Below are positions 8,915-18,550 of a stretch of 44,340 nucleotides of DNA, piece after piece. The DNA lies in the IMG/VR virus record IMGVR_UViG_3300025723_000068, positions 1 to 44,340 of that record. One strand, given 5' to 3'. The position numbers and the translations under genes are program-made. This DNA is from a virus. Its lineage: Duplodnaviria > Caudoviricetes. Each line of letters begins with the position of its first letter. The stretch's first letter is position 1. The notes under the pieces were generated by a model, which had not been told where the DNA came from, made no database searches, and saw nothing but the letters and a program-made list of their open reading frames with translations.

Positions 8915-9942
8915 TTGATTTGATTCTCCTGATAGTCTGCATCCGCCCATGTATACGGATACTGTTGTTCTGCTGCACTAGTGCGTATAGCACTAACATT
9001 TAAACGAGTATTTAATGCTGTCCATATCTCCCGGTAATTATCTGTACCAAAGCTACGCTGGAGATCCACTTGCCCCACTTGTGGATGTCCTATAGTTAAA
9101 CTCTTATCGTTGTGATCAAAGCCGTTAACAGTTAACCATTCACGGAATTCGGCTAGCTGTCGAATCTGCCACTCATATGCACCCGGATCACGAGCCCACT
9201 CTATATCAAAGTCACCGGCGGCTAATGTTTGCGCTGCTAGTGTACTTGTAGTTAATTCATCTATACGGCTGTCACGACCCTCGTCGGTAAACACTTCATA
9301 ATGGTGCTTGCCCACTGCTTTGTTAACGCCCACATATACACCACCAAGACTACGGTTAATAGTTTCTATACCAAATAACTCATGGTCCGATTCCTCAAGG
9401 GCAAAGCGTGGAGCGCCTAACCAGCACATAAGCTGACTAGGCCTGCGCCATTCTGGAGCAGTGTGTAACTTACGATAGCTCAGTATCCAGGACTCAAACT
9501 CATGACACAGTAGGTTAAGCTGACGGATATGCCAGCGTGTACCCGGGTCAGCTTTGGCATAATACGGGCTAGGCCTGTGTGCTGTGCCCTGTAAGTCTTC
9601 AAAGTAGCTGTGTAATAGATTAAACTGCTCATGGTCGACCGACCCATCTTCAGCTACACTGTTGAGCATAGTATAATGGTTATCTATTGTGTATCCAACG
9701 TCAGCGCGATTAATCGCGCTTATGCTTTGGTTAATTAAATTACAAATAAGCGTACCGTCTCTAGGGCCCTCTGGGAACCCTAAGAAGCAATAGCTCTTTT
9801 CTAGTAATAGGTTATCCCGTAACAGCTGGTTTAATGCTGTTAACCATTTACGGCTAAGGCTATTATCATATACATTGATGTATACAGTTAGATCGTCAAG
9901 ATCCATTTCTATACAATCAAGTAATGTTCTTGTACCATTCAT
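8902..9942 (-). CDS. Hypothetical protein with His/Glu motifs (LHSYFE, LCHEFE, GKHHYE); possible metal binding
   Basis: 346-aa ORF in the overlapping gene chain; exact start uncertain. Confidence 0.7.
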   Translation of the reverse strand: MNGTRTLLDCIEMDLDDLTVYINVYDNSLSRKWLTALNQLLRDNLLLEKSYCFLGFPEGPRDGTLICNLINQSISAINRADVGYTIDNHYTMLNSVAEDGSVDHEQFNLLHSYFEDLQGTAHRPSPYYAKADPGTRWHIRQLNLLCHEFESWILSYRKLHTAPEWRRPSQLMCWLGAPRFALEESDHELFGIETINRSLGGVYVGVNKAVGKHHYEVFTDEGRDSRIDELTTSTLAAQTLAAGDFDIEWARDPGAYEWQIRQLAEFREWLTVNGFDHNDKSLTIGHPQVGQVDLQRSFGTDNYREIWTALNTRLNVSAIRTSAAEQQYPYTWADADYQENQIKCLG

Positions 9943-11209
9943 ATATCTTTGTATCCTGTTTAAACAATATGTCTGCCAGTGTTAGTCGATCGCCTCTTAT
10001 AGCTTCTAACTGTTCTATACGAGCTTTACCTTTGCGTAACCCAGCTTGATACTCCGCGGGCCACTGTTCTTCAAATGTAGGTCTAGTACCTAATTGTAAT
10101 AGTATATCGCGTAAGGCGCCCGGCGTATTGGGTATAATGCTTTCTATATAGTCGTCTAATAACCGGCGTGGTAGTGCCAGTGGGCTTAGTATAATGTCCG
10201 GAGTAAACGAAAATATAACTTTAGCTAGCACGTCAACGTCAAGCTCTTTGGCTAGTTCTTGTATAAGCTGCACTTCCCCGAGCCCCGGAAGGGTTAGGGT
10301 AAAGTCTATACGCATTTGTCTACGGTTAGTAGCCAATGAGCGTCCTTGCTTAAAGTTAGCTAGCCACGACTCGTAGTTGAGTCCTGTACGGATGTATTCT
10401 CCTGTGGCTCCTGTTCCATCCAGACTGGCACAAACCTGCCAATCTCTGAGGCCGCTAAGTATATCGCTGTAAAGGTTAACACCCCGATAGTCAACCCTAC
10501 TAAGATTTGTGTTATATCTAGCGTATACATTCTGTCCATCACCTAGTTCTATTATGCGTTGCATGTAGCGCCAGTGCTGTTCGTACATCAAGGGTTCGCC
10601 GCCCACCCAGTATACTTCTTCCACACGGTGTTGTTCTACTGCGCGGGCAAACTCTTGCTCTATAATAGTATCTTGAAACTGGCTGATTTCTTTGCGTACT
10701 TCTGGCAGCATCCACCCGTTTTTGGGATTGGCCCAGTTGATCAATGAGTGTTGTCGCTGTTCTGACTCCCACGCACTGCTTAACATGTCACCACACATAC
10801 GGCATTTAAAGTTACACAAGTTACTGAAGCGATAGTCCCAGCTCACCGGCAGTTCATGATAGGTTCCATCTGGTAGGGTGTTGGCAATTGCCTGCTCGCG
10901 GCGGTGGCCAAACAGTTGATTAAAGTAGCTACGATACACATCCGTGTTCAACAGTCGATCATTGCAGACTGCACATTCCGGTAACTCTTCTCCGGCCAAC
11001 ATTCTACGTCTAACGTTGCGCATGTGTTCTGAGTTCCAGTGTTGTTCCAGTGTTTGGGGGTGATAGCTGCCGGTGCCAGGGGCCGTGTCAATATATTGTG
11101 CAAAACTGGCAGCAGGTTCACGGCTGGCACAGCACATACGCCGTTCAGTCTGCGGACTAAGGTAGGTGTGTACCCAGGGTGCCATGCATAGATTATCTGG
11201 ATTATTCAT
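9917..11209 (-). CDS. Radical SAM enzyme with N-terminal Twitch/SPASM-like motif (#5)
   Basis: CMAPW...MCC...CAVC, then NLCNFKCRMC (CX3CX2C), GGEPL, NTN and SLDG. ATG at 11209 preferred over the TTG start in the track. Confidence 0.9.
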   Translation of the reverse strand: MNNPDNLCMAPWVHTYLSPQTERRMCCASREPAASFAQYIDTAPGTGSYHPQTLEQHWNSEHMRNVRRRMLAGEELPECAVCNDRLLNTDVYRSYFNQLFGHRREQAIANTLPDGTYHELPVSWDYRFSNLCNFKCRMCGDMLSSAWESEQRQHSLINWANPKNGWMLPEVRKEISQFQDTIIEQEFARAVEQHRVEEVYWVGGEPLMYEQHWRYMQRIIELGDGQNVYARYNTNLSRVDYRGVNLYSDILSGLRDWQVCASLDGTGATGEYIRTGLNYESWLANFKQGRSLATNRRQMRIDFTLTLPGLGEVQLIQELAKELDVDVLAKVIFSFTPDIILSPLALPRRLLDDYIESIIPNTPGALRDILLQLGTRPTFEEQWPAEYQAGLRKGKARIEQLEAIRGDRLTLADILFKQDTKIYEWYKNIT

Positions 11210-12410
11210 AGCCAATTAACTCTGCAAACTCTGGTGCTACCCGAGCCAAACTCTCGTTGCGTCTGGTGTCCAACAGTTGGATTTGGGTCAGCATTGTGGC
11301 CGATTCGTCGCTTTTACCGTTGTTCATAAAGTCTAGTATGTTGGCAAACTCCTGCCTGTGCCGGTCTGAAACCTGGGCAAAACACAGCTTATTGGTAACC
11401 TGTCGTTTGACCTGTTTAGGCAAGGCGGCAATACTAAAATAAGGTGCATCGTGCATGATATTCCAGTAGACAAAATCAAAATCTTGACAGTCGATCCAGC
11501 TGGCAAGTTCTTCTATATAGTAAACATTAAACACATTAACAGTACTGCATACCTGTAGGCTTATGGTTGGCAATCTGCGCCGCAGGTGTTTAAACTGCTC
11601 AAGATTAGCTAGAACCTTGGCCCACTGGGCACCCGAGCGTTGATATTCAAAGCGGGCTCCTATATCATCTATGCTAAAGGCTATTTCTACATGTGCAAAG
11701 TGCGACCAAAGTTCTTCTGCAGCTGCACTGGGCGGCTGTGTTCCATTGGTGTTGTAGTGTATTTCTATGTGACCGGCCACTCCGGCGTCGACCAGGCGTT
11801 GTAACAGGTCAAAGTGTTGATCTATCATCAAGGGCTCACCACCAGTAAACTCTAGATAGCGTATCTCTGACATGTTTGATGCCAGTTCCTGCCAAAAGTG
11901 TGTGCTGGTGCGCGGCCAAGCACCTGCTTTGAGCATTTGGTAGTGATAGCTGGATTTACGCCGTTCGTGTGGTACAGCCTGTAGTTCTTCTGTGGCATAG
12001 GTACTTGAACTCCAACTACCGCAGATACGGCACTTTAGATTACATATATTGCCCAGCTTGAGGTCAAGAAACATCAAGGGTTTTGCTGCCAAGGTCCAGG
12101 ATTCATCCTGGATCATATGCTTTAATCGATCCAAGGTGTGCATACGCTTGCTGGTACGCCCAGCGTCTTCTTCGTCCCAGCACTTGCGGCAAGTTTTGGG
12201 CAGAGTGCCCTGTATAAACTCTTGGCGTAAACTCTGCATGTGGTTGCTGTTTTGTATGGCTGTGAAGCTGGCTGTATTAAGATTGAACTTGTCACCGGCA
12301 TCATCTACCAGCTCGTGGTCGGCCAAACAGCAAGGACGCACAGTACCTATAGGACTGGCTTCCAAGCTGACCCAGGGCAGGACGCAGAACTTGTTGTGTG
12401 GTATTTTCAT
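11202..12410 (-). CDS. Radical SAM enzyme with N-terminal Twitch/SPASM-like motif (#4)
   Basis: CVLPW...G.VRPCC...CRKC, then NICNLKCRIC, TGGEPL, NTNGT and SIDD. Confidence 0.9.
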   Translation of the reverse strand: MKIPHNKFCVLPWVSLEASPIGTVRPCCLADHELVDDAGDKFNLNTASFTAIQNSNHMQSLRQEFIQGTLPKTCRKCWDEEDAGRTSKRMHTLDRLKHMIQDESWTLAAKPLMFLDLKLGNICNLKCRICGSWSSSTYATEELQAVPHERRKSSYHYQMLKAGAWPRTSTHFWQELASNMSEIRYLEFTGGEPLMIDQHFDLLQRLVDAGVAGHIEIHYNTNGTQPPSAAAEELWSHFAHVEIAFSIDDIGARFEYQRSGAQWAKVLANLEQFKHLRRRLPTISLQVCSTVNVFNVYYIEELASWIDCQDFDFVYWNIMHDAPYFSIAALPKQVKRQVTNKLCFAQVSDRHRQEFANILDFMNNGKSDESATMLTQIQLLDTRRNESLARVAPEFAELIGYE

Positions 12411-13663
12411 TGCAAGGCCGCCAATTCTGGCATTACATCCAATATGCGTTCATTGCGTATGGTGTCTAATTCACGGGTTTTCTGCCAGAAAGTATCCAGC
12501 AGGTGTGTGTTATCTGAGGCTTGTAAAAAGTTAATAGCACTTTCAAAACCCACTGTGGCCCGCTGCAATGGATCCAATGGGCGCAGCCACTCCAGGTGTT
12601 CTTGGTAACGTTCAACTAGTTGTTGTTTGTAAGCAGGCGGTGCAATGTCTATGCGCAGGTGTGCAGGGTCTTGCAAGATGTTTACATTGAGATCTTGCGG
12701 ACGAATTAGTCCAGCTTCGGCCCAGTGACGATGAAAATTGGGCAGACTCCAGGCATTCATAATACTCAATGTGGGACTAATATAAAAATCTACATCTGGG
12801 CATACCCGAAGCATTTCGGCACGGTTGGCAATAACTTGTTGCCATTCGGTGCCCTTGCGTAGATATTCAGCACGGTCGTGTTGATCGTCTAAACTGGCAC
12901 CCACAGCTACACTTTTAAACCGGCGCCAGTAGTCAAATACAGTACGATTTTTTAGTCGAGTCTGGGTAAAGTTGGTGTTATATATAAGTCTAACATCAAA
13001 GCGCCCGCGCCGTTCCAGTTCATCAAGAATGTTGTAGTGTTCTTCCATCATCAAGGGTTCGCCACCAGCAAAATAAATTTGCTCCACATAATCCAGGTGC
13101 GGGATCAGTTGTTCCCACATGTCTGCTTTGTTACGGCCAGCAATGTTAAGGGCCTTGTGGTTAGCAGCCCAATTTGGACCGGCCAGTGCTGCTTGATCTT
13201 GATACCAACTTGAACTGAATATGTGCCCACAGCTACGACAACTAAGATTACACAGGTTACTAAAGCGTATGTCCCAATAACTCATTTTAAAATCACCATC
13301 ATTGATACGTTTGATATGATGTCCGTGATGTTTATTGGCACTACGACGCCCGCTGAAGAATCCCGACTGTTCCTGTTCATAACAGCGTCCACAAGCAGGA
13401 TTTGGACGCTCATTGAGCATGTCTTCTCTTAGTTCACGCATGGGCGCATCGTAGTATATTTCTTCAAGCGTTTTATGGCGGCAACTGCCCACTGGATAAG
13501 CCATTTCGCTATGGCAACAAGGGTATGCTTCTCCAGTGGGATAAGCGTGTAGGTGTATCCATGGGTAGATACAGAATGTTTTACTGTCTCGTAATAAAAA
13601 TTCTTCTCGATCAGTCAACTCAACGGGTTGAACCAAATCTGCGCTATTATACTTGTAGGTCAT
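12407..13663 (-). CDS. Radical SAM enzyme with N-terminal Twitch/SPASM-like motif (#3)
   Basis: CIYPW...G.AYPCC...CGRC, then NLCNLSCRSC and AGGEPL. Start taken at MTYKY (13663), giving a 17-nt overlap with the upstream gene. Confidence 0.9.
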   Translation of the reverse strand: MTYKYNSADLVQPVELTDREEFLLRDSKTFCIYPWIHLHAYPTGEAYPCCHSEMAYPVGSCRHKTLEEIYYDAPMRELREDMLNERPNPACGRCYEQEQSGFFSGRRSANKHHGHHIKRINDGDFKMSYWDIRFSNLCNLSCRSCGHIFSSSWYQDQAALAGPNWAANHKALNIAGRNKADMWEQLIPHLDYVEQIYFAGGEPLMMEEHYNILDELERRGRFDVRLIYNTNFTQTRLKNRTVFDYWRRFKSVAVGASLDDQHDRAEYLRKGTEWQQVIANRAEMLRVCPDVDFYISPTLSIMNAWSLPNFHRHWAEAGLIRPQDLNVNILQDPAHLRIDIAPPAYKQQLVERYQEHLEWLRPLDPLQRATVGFESAINFLQASDNTHLLDTFWQKTRELDTIRNERILDVMPELAALQ

Positions 13664-14984
13664 TGTACCAGTCTGCCAGTAAAGGAAATGTTGCAGTAAA
13701 GTTTTTATTTCTGCGTTGATCGTATTGACGATAAAACTGTTGAAAATCATTTAGCAGTTTGAGCTGATCAAAAGCTTCACTATGCGGAGTTTTAACCACA
13801 TCTAAATAGTCTATTAGTCTGCGCAAATGATTTAACTCGTGTTCGTGCAGCAACAGATCTTGACAATGCTGCTCAAGCCATTCTTGTAACGATAACATAA
13901 ATGTATTTCTTAAATAATCCGGCAACACCAGTGGACTTTGAAAACTAGGAAAGCGCAGAATATTAAGAGTAAAACTCACACGCTCACGCCCGTACAACTG
14001 TTTGAGCTGTGTGATGCTGGTCAGTAAAGCGGGCAAAGATTCCAAACATAATGCGTTAATTGTGGCCATACAATGGACTGTGCGTATGTGGGCCGAGTCC
14101 AATAATTTTTGTACATTACGCAACCATGCCGGGTAGTCCAATCCATCACGAATATATTCGGCTTGCGGACCGACACTTTCTTGACTAGTATAGATATCTA
14201 CTTCCAATCCATCAATACTGTCCAAGAGTCGACTGATATCTACATCTACTCCTAGATTACTATTAATTGCCAATCGAGTTTGACTTTGACCTTTGTTTTC
14301 TTTAAACCAGTCCAGCAGTTTCCAAGTTTCGCCCGACATCAAGGGCTCACCACCGGTGATGCGCAGTTCTTGTAGAGTCTTATGTAGATCGGATTCCCAC
14401 CATCGAAAAAAGGCTTCTACATAAGGATTATGCTCGCCGTAAACATAACGCTGACTGTCATTATGTAGGTGAGTAAAGTGATTACGCCCATCACTAATAA
14501 GATCCAGATAAGGTCCGTTGGTTTTGATGTCTTTAACCCAGGTCGAACTAAAAGCAGGGTTACAATAACTACAAGCGAATTGGCAAGTGCGATCAAACGC
14601 AATTTCGAGAGTTCTAAGATCCACATCGGCCTGGTGATCCAGGCGGTAAGCATGGTCAAGACTTTCTATAGGATAAATTCGACTTTTATACACACGGTCA
14701 CTAACAGCATCGCGACCCATGTCTTCAATCTTCCAACAATACTCGCACCCGGCCGGGCGATTGCCCAACTGCATGTTTAAACGATCTGTTTTCTTTTCTG
14801 GGGTATTATGCAAGGCTTTGGGATTAGTTGCAAGCTCGACTAGATCTACACGATGTGCTGGAGGGTGATGACAGCTGGTAGTCATACCTGACCCTAGCCA
14901 TATAGTAGCATTATACCATTTGGCCGCACAGAAGCTGCCACTCTTAGAGTCAAGTACTTGTTGTCGAAATTCTAAATCATTCAT
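13647..14984 (-). CDS. Radical SAM enzyme, C-H-H-P-P N-terminal variant (#2)
   Basis: CAAKW...SCHHPP...CEYCW, then TCQFACSYC and TGGEPL. Start taken at MNDLEF (14984). Confidence 0.9.
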   Translation of the reverse strand: MNDLEFRQQVLDSKSGSFCAAKWYNATIWLGSGMTTSCHHPPAHRVDLVELATNPKALHNTPEKKTDRLNMQLGNRPAGCEYCWKIEDMGRDAVSDRVYKSRIYPIESLDHAYRLDHQADVDLRTLEIAFDRTCQFACSYCNPAFSSTWVKDIKTNGPYLDLISDGRNHFTHLHNDSQRYVYGEHNPYVEAFFRWWESDLHKTLQELRITGGEPLMSGETWKLLDWFKENKGQSQTRLAINSNLGVDVDISRLLDSIDGLEVDIYTSQESVGPQAEYIRDGLDYPAWLRNVQKLLDSAHIRTVHCMATINALCLESLPALLTSITQLKQLYGRERVSFTLNILRFPSFQSPLVLPDYLRNTFMLSLQEWLEQHCQDLLLHEHELNHLRRLIDYLDVVKTPHSEAFDQLKLLNDFQQFYRQYDQRRNKNFTATFPLLADWYNDLQV

Positions 14985-16134
14985 TGGTATATTGTTTGAT
15001 AAATTGGGCAAAGCGGTCGGGGAATTCTTGGCGTACTTTGAGTCTCATTTCTGCAAGATGTTGTTGATTGTATTTACACACATCGCTGGCAGCCTCAAGA
15101 AAACTTGGCAAATCTTGACGGCATAAATCTTCTACTACCTGTGCTATACGCACAATACGATCTTGCACATTTTCTATCAGATCAAAAGATTCGTCAATCA
15201 AATGCCCCCAGGTACGAAACCCCAGGTCATGGAAATCTCGATAATATCCATATGTACTGGCAAAAATAGTAGGGTGTCCCATGGCTACGGGTTTCCAGGT
15301 CTTTTCTGTGCGAAAGCTGTAGGGATATTCGAATACTGTCTCGGTTACCAGACTAAAGTAAGTATCAATATACGGATTGGCATTAAGGTAGATATCACCC
15401 CACTCGTCATTAAACAAATGGTATTTTACAAAAAGATCTCTGCTGGTATCCGGTGGCGGGACACCAATTTGAGAATGATACCGGTTGACTTCGTAATATT
15501 CTGGTAAATGCTGTACAGGAAAAATTGTATTATCCATATTGTTTATTCCAATTTCTTCAGGAAGTACAAACGGATAGAATTTAAATGGCCTAACATCTAA
15601 ATTGGTCCATAGTGCCGAATCTAATAATTTATTGTAACGGAATAACTCTAGTAAAAATTTTCTATGATGACGGCCACGACCATTAAGAAATAAAAATTTA
15701 TAAGGTTTATGTTGTTTGGTGAAGATTTCTTTACTGCGAGCTATTTCTGCTAGGTTTTCATCGTAGTCGAGTATTTTAGTTAAAAAAATATCGTATTGCA
15801 AATACGGCCACGACGAGTCCATTTCGCCGCCACTGATTAACAATATTTTTTTATTGTGTACTAAATCGGCAGTCCGAGTAATCATTTCACAGTGGCATTT
15901 CATTGTATCGGATCCTTCCATTGGATTACTCAATATTGGGAGTATTACGCCCGACTCAGCTAGTTCTCGTATGTAAGGGATATTAAGATTAAATTGTTCT
16001 CGGCTAATAAGATATATAGCGCCAGGAACTATTTTGTGCTCGTCGAACTTCCAAAATTCTCCATCAGCATATGGTTTTAAAAGTTCATATACTTCACAAA
16101 AAGTGTCTAGTATGAGTTTACGATTGCCTAGCAT
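14977..16134 (-). CDS. Putative glycosyltransferase ('ET..TEKTWKP' family), paralog 4
   Basis: FLFLNGRGRHHR and LVTET...FRTEKTWKPVAMGHP...GFRTWGHLIDESFD. Start taken at MLGNR (16134). Confidence 0.55.
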   Translation of the reverse strand: MLGNRKLILDTFCEVYELLKPYADGEFWKFDEHKIVPGAIYLISREQFNLNIPYIRELAESGVILPILSNPMEGSDTMKCHCEMITRTADLVHNKKILLISGGEMDSSWPYLQYDIFLTKILDYDENLAEIARSKEIFTKQHKPYKFLFLNGRGRHHRKFLLELFRYNKLLDSALWTNLDVRPFKFYPFVLPEEIGINNMDNTIFPVQHLPEYYEVNRYHSQIGVPPPDTSRDLFVKYHLFNDEWGDIYLNANPYIDTYFSLVTETVFEYPYSFRTEKTWKPVAMGHPTIFASTYGYYRDFHDLGFRTWGHLIDESFDLIENVQDRIVRIAQVVEDLCRQDLPSFLEAASDVCKYNQQHLAEMRLKVRQEFPDRFAQFIKQYTNE

Positions 16135-17503
16135 GGTATTCACATTCTGCCCACCAGGCATTCATTTCAGGAAATGTAGTCAAGAAGTCTGTGCCGTGTC
16201 TACGATCGGCTTCATTGAAGAAACGATAAAAGTCTGCTTTGTTACGATTAATATATTCAAGGTCTAATTGTTGTCCATCACGCATCCAGGCTATATCGCG
16301 ATCAAGACGGGCGATTTCGTAATCTTTAAATCCTTGAAACGGTGTTTCTGGCGTTTCAATTTGGCGCAACATCCACGCCCATAGTTGCTCTAGTTGATCA
16401 ACATAGCTTTCTGGTAGTATCTGTAGACTTTGCCAAGTGGGCTGTCTAAGTACAGGAGTATCGAACCATACACGTTGATATGTTTTGCTGTATATCTTAC
16501 GCAGGCCAAGTATACCAGCAAACAAGTGCGGCAATTTTGTTACGCTAAGATTGTTCATTGTTACAATAAATGTAATACTATTGCGCCCTGGAATTTCTGT
16601 TAGGAATTGGTTAACCCGATCCCATAACAAATCAAAGTCTAACCCGTGTCTAATGTATTCAGCTTGCAACCCCCAACTATCAAGGCTTACAAACTGCATA
16701 AAGTGTTCTATCTTTTCACCTTCGCACAACTCTTTGACATAGCTCTTGTACTTCTGCCAGGTCTTTTCATCTACGCTAAAGTTACTGGTTACATTTAAAT
16801 GTAGATCAGGTTTTGGGTTAGCCAGCACATAGTCAAACACACGATAGGTATTCCGGTCCAACATGGGCTCGCCACCGGTCATGCGGAAGTGTTCTAGTTC
16901 TGGATACAGTGCGGGCCACCATTCCCAAAATGCATCAACATATGGGTTGGTGTCACGGCTAGGTATAGGGCGATTGCGACCAACAAAGTGATTGGGATCA
17001 TTGTGTATACGGCTAGTAGGATATCCGCCATGCTTATCAACTTCTGCTTGCCAAGTTGATGAAAACTGCGGGCTACAGTAACTACAAGCCAAATTACAAG
17101 CATGATTAAAATTAACTTCAACATAACTAGGTATAACATCTTCATCTCCATTTGAGTTTACTACTACATCAAAATCCTTAGCAGCCCAGGGCTCACCGGA
17201 ACGATAATGTCTATCAGATAACTTATTGTTATCTTCCATTGCCCAGCAATAACTACATTCTGCAGGGCGTTCTTGCTTTAACATAATCTTACGCTGTTCC
17301 TTTTTGTGCGGAGTGTTATGTAGTGCGCCAGGATTGTCTGCTAATAGTTCTGCAGGAATAGGATGCAAGGGTGGGTGATAGCAACTGTTGTTAAGTCCTG
17401 TTGCAAGGTGTAGACTAACCTGTTTCCATTTAGCCAAGCAGAGTCCTTCGCCTAACAGGTCTTTCATATCCTCTGCACTACCCATAAACTTTGATTTAGT
17501 CAT
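16118..17503 (-). CDS. Radical SAM enzyme, C-Y-H-P-P N-terminal variant (#1)
   Basis: CLAKW...SCYHPP...CSYCW, then ACNLACSYC, TGGEPM and SLDS. Confidence 0.9.
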   Translation of the reverse strand: MTKSKFMGSAEDMKDLLGEGLCLAKWKQVSLHLATGLNNSCYHPPLHPIPAELLADNPGALHNTPHKKEQRKIMLKQERPAECSYCWAMEDNNKLSDRHYRSGEPWAAKDFDVVVNSNGDEDVIPSYVEVNFNHACNLACSYCSPQFSSTWQAEVDKHGGYPTSRIHNDPNHFVGRNRPIPSRDTNPYVDAFWEWWPALYPELEHFRMTGGEPMLDRNTYRVFDYVLANPKPDLHLNVTSNFSVDEKTWQKYKSYVKELCEGEKIEHFMQFVSLDSWGLQAEYIRHGLDFDLLWDRVNQFLTEIPGRNSITFIVTMNNLSVTKLPHLFAGILGLRKIYSKTYQRVWFDTPVLRQPTWQSLQILPESYVDQLEQLWAWMLRQIETPETPFQGFKDYEIARLDRDIAWMRDGQQLDLEYINRNKADFYRFFNEADRRHGTDFLTTFPEMNAWWAECEYHARQS

Positions 17504-17630
17504 TGTATTTCCAATTGCCTAAGTGTTCCATAACTAAGTCAATGTTGCTAACCACTTGCTCAATAATAAAGTGTTCAATATCGTCTGCGCCTACTATTAA
17601 AATGTTATTGTTAGTAAGATCTACGTTCAT
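17496..17630 (-). CDS. Small acidic ORF, 44 aa (MNVDLTNNNILIVGADDIEHFIIEQVVSNIDLVMEHLGNWKYND); not in ORF track
   Basis: TAATG coupling to the upstream stop and an 8-nt overlap with the downstream radical SAM start; fills the gap exactly. Confidence 0.65.
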   Translation of the reverse strand: MNVDLTNNNILIVGADDIEHFIIEQVVSNIDLVMEHLGNWKYND

Positions 17631-18550
17631 TACCACCCTTCTTGACTCCTGATAACGTCAATCTCTTTGGTCATGATGCCACGATTATGCCAACTACTAC
17701 GATAGTGGTGTTTAAAGAACTTGCTTTCTGATGGTCCTATCATATTAATAGGTAGATCTAATTGTGTTGCTAGATCTTCGGCTATACGACCGGCTAAGAT
17801 TTCAGGATTACTATCTTGTACGGTTGCCCATAATTCCTCTAAGGCATCAAAACTTTGTACCTGGCGATAATCCCAAGTTGGCGTAATCATTGTCATGTAT
17901 GTGCCCATCCTGGCGCCAGCAATGGCCCAAATACCATGGTCTACATCGCGACCTACATTGTGCCATATGGTCAAATGATCTAAATTACGATGATGTACAC
18001 GATCCTGGAATTCAGCAATAGTAGGTTTGTCGCCTTTGTTTAGGCACATTTTAACACCTTCGCGAAAACCGGCACGCCATGCTTGAAACTCACTAGCATT
18101 AGGATAAGTGGTCGAATAACAATCATGCATGGCATAATAATTTGGGTAAAAACAAAATTCAACATCGTTTTCAGCAGCCCCATCTGAGTTTTCGTGTGTA
18201 CGCATGTCATATACAAACTGTTTAGACCAAACACTAAGTCCCCCGTTGCCGTACATAAGTCCGTTGATATGATTACGAGCTCTCCAACGATAGGCACATT
18301 TGTGGTCGTCTAACTTTAATGATAAATTAAAAAAATCAGGATCGGGGATATTATCACCATCAATTAAGACAAAATAATCTGTGGAACTGGCATCTGCTGC
18401 CGCTTTGTGTGCCGCATCCGATCCGTTAACTCCGTCGACTCTTTGGGCCCATGGAACCATATTTTTAATTTTGACCCACGATTCTTCTTTATTGGGTTCG
18501 TCGTAAGTTAAAAATACACAGTCTAAATCTGCAATATCGATTGAATTCAT
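17630..18550 (-). CDS. GT-A-fold glycosyltransferase-like protein
   Basis: LDCVFLTYDEPN...RVDGVNGSDAAHKAAA...YFVLIDGDN (DxD after a hydrophobic strand), YGNGG and AWRAGFREGVKM. Confidence 0.65.
   Translation of the reverse strand: MNSIDIADLDCVFLTYDEPNKEESWVKIKNMVPWAQRVDGVNGSDAAHKAAADASSTDYFVLIDGDNIPDPDFFNLSLKLDDHKCAYRWRARNHINGLMYGNGGLSVWSKQFVYDMRTHENSDGAAENDVEFCFYPNYYAMHDCYSTTYPNASEFQAWRAGFREGVKMCLNKGDKPTIAEFQDRVHHRNLDHLTIWHNVGRDVDHGIWAIAGARMGTYMTMITPTWDYRQVQSFDALEELWATVQDSNPEILAGRIAEDLATQLDLPINMIGPSESKFFKHHYRSSWHNRGIMTKEIDVIRSQEGW

Noticed and set aside
9917-17503. Assigning the radical SAM genes to MoaA, PqqE, QueE or NrdG
   Set aside because: The domain order and length differ, and none of the partner genes (moaC, pqqA-D, queC/queD/folE, nrdD) occurs in the window, so no gene symbols were given.
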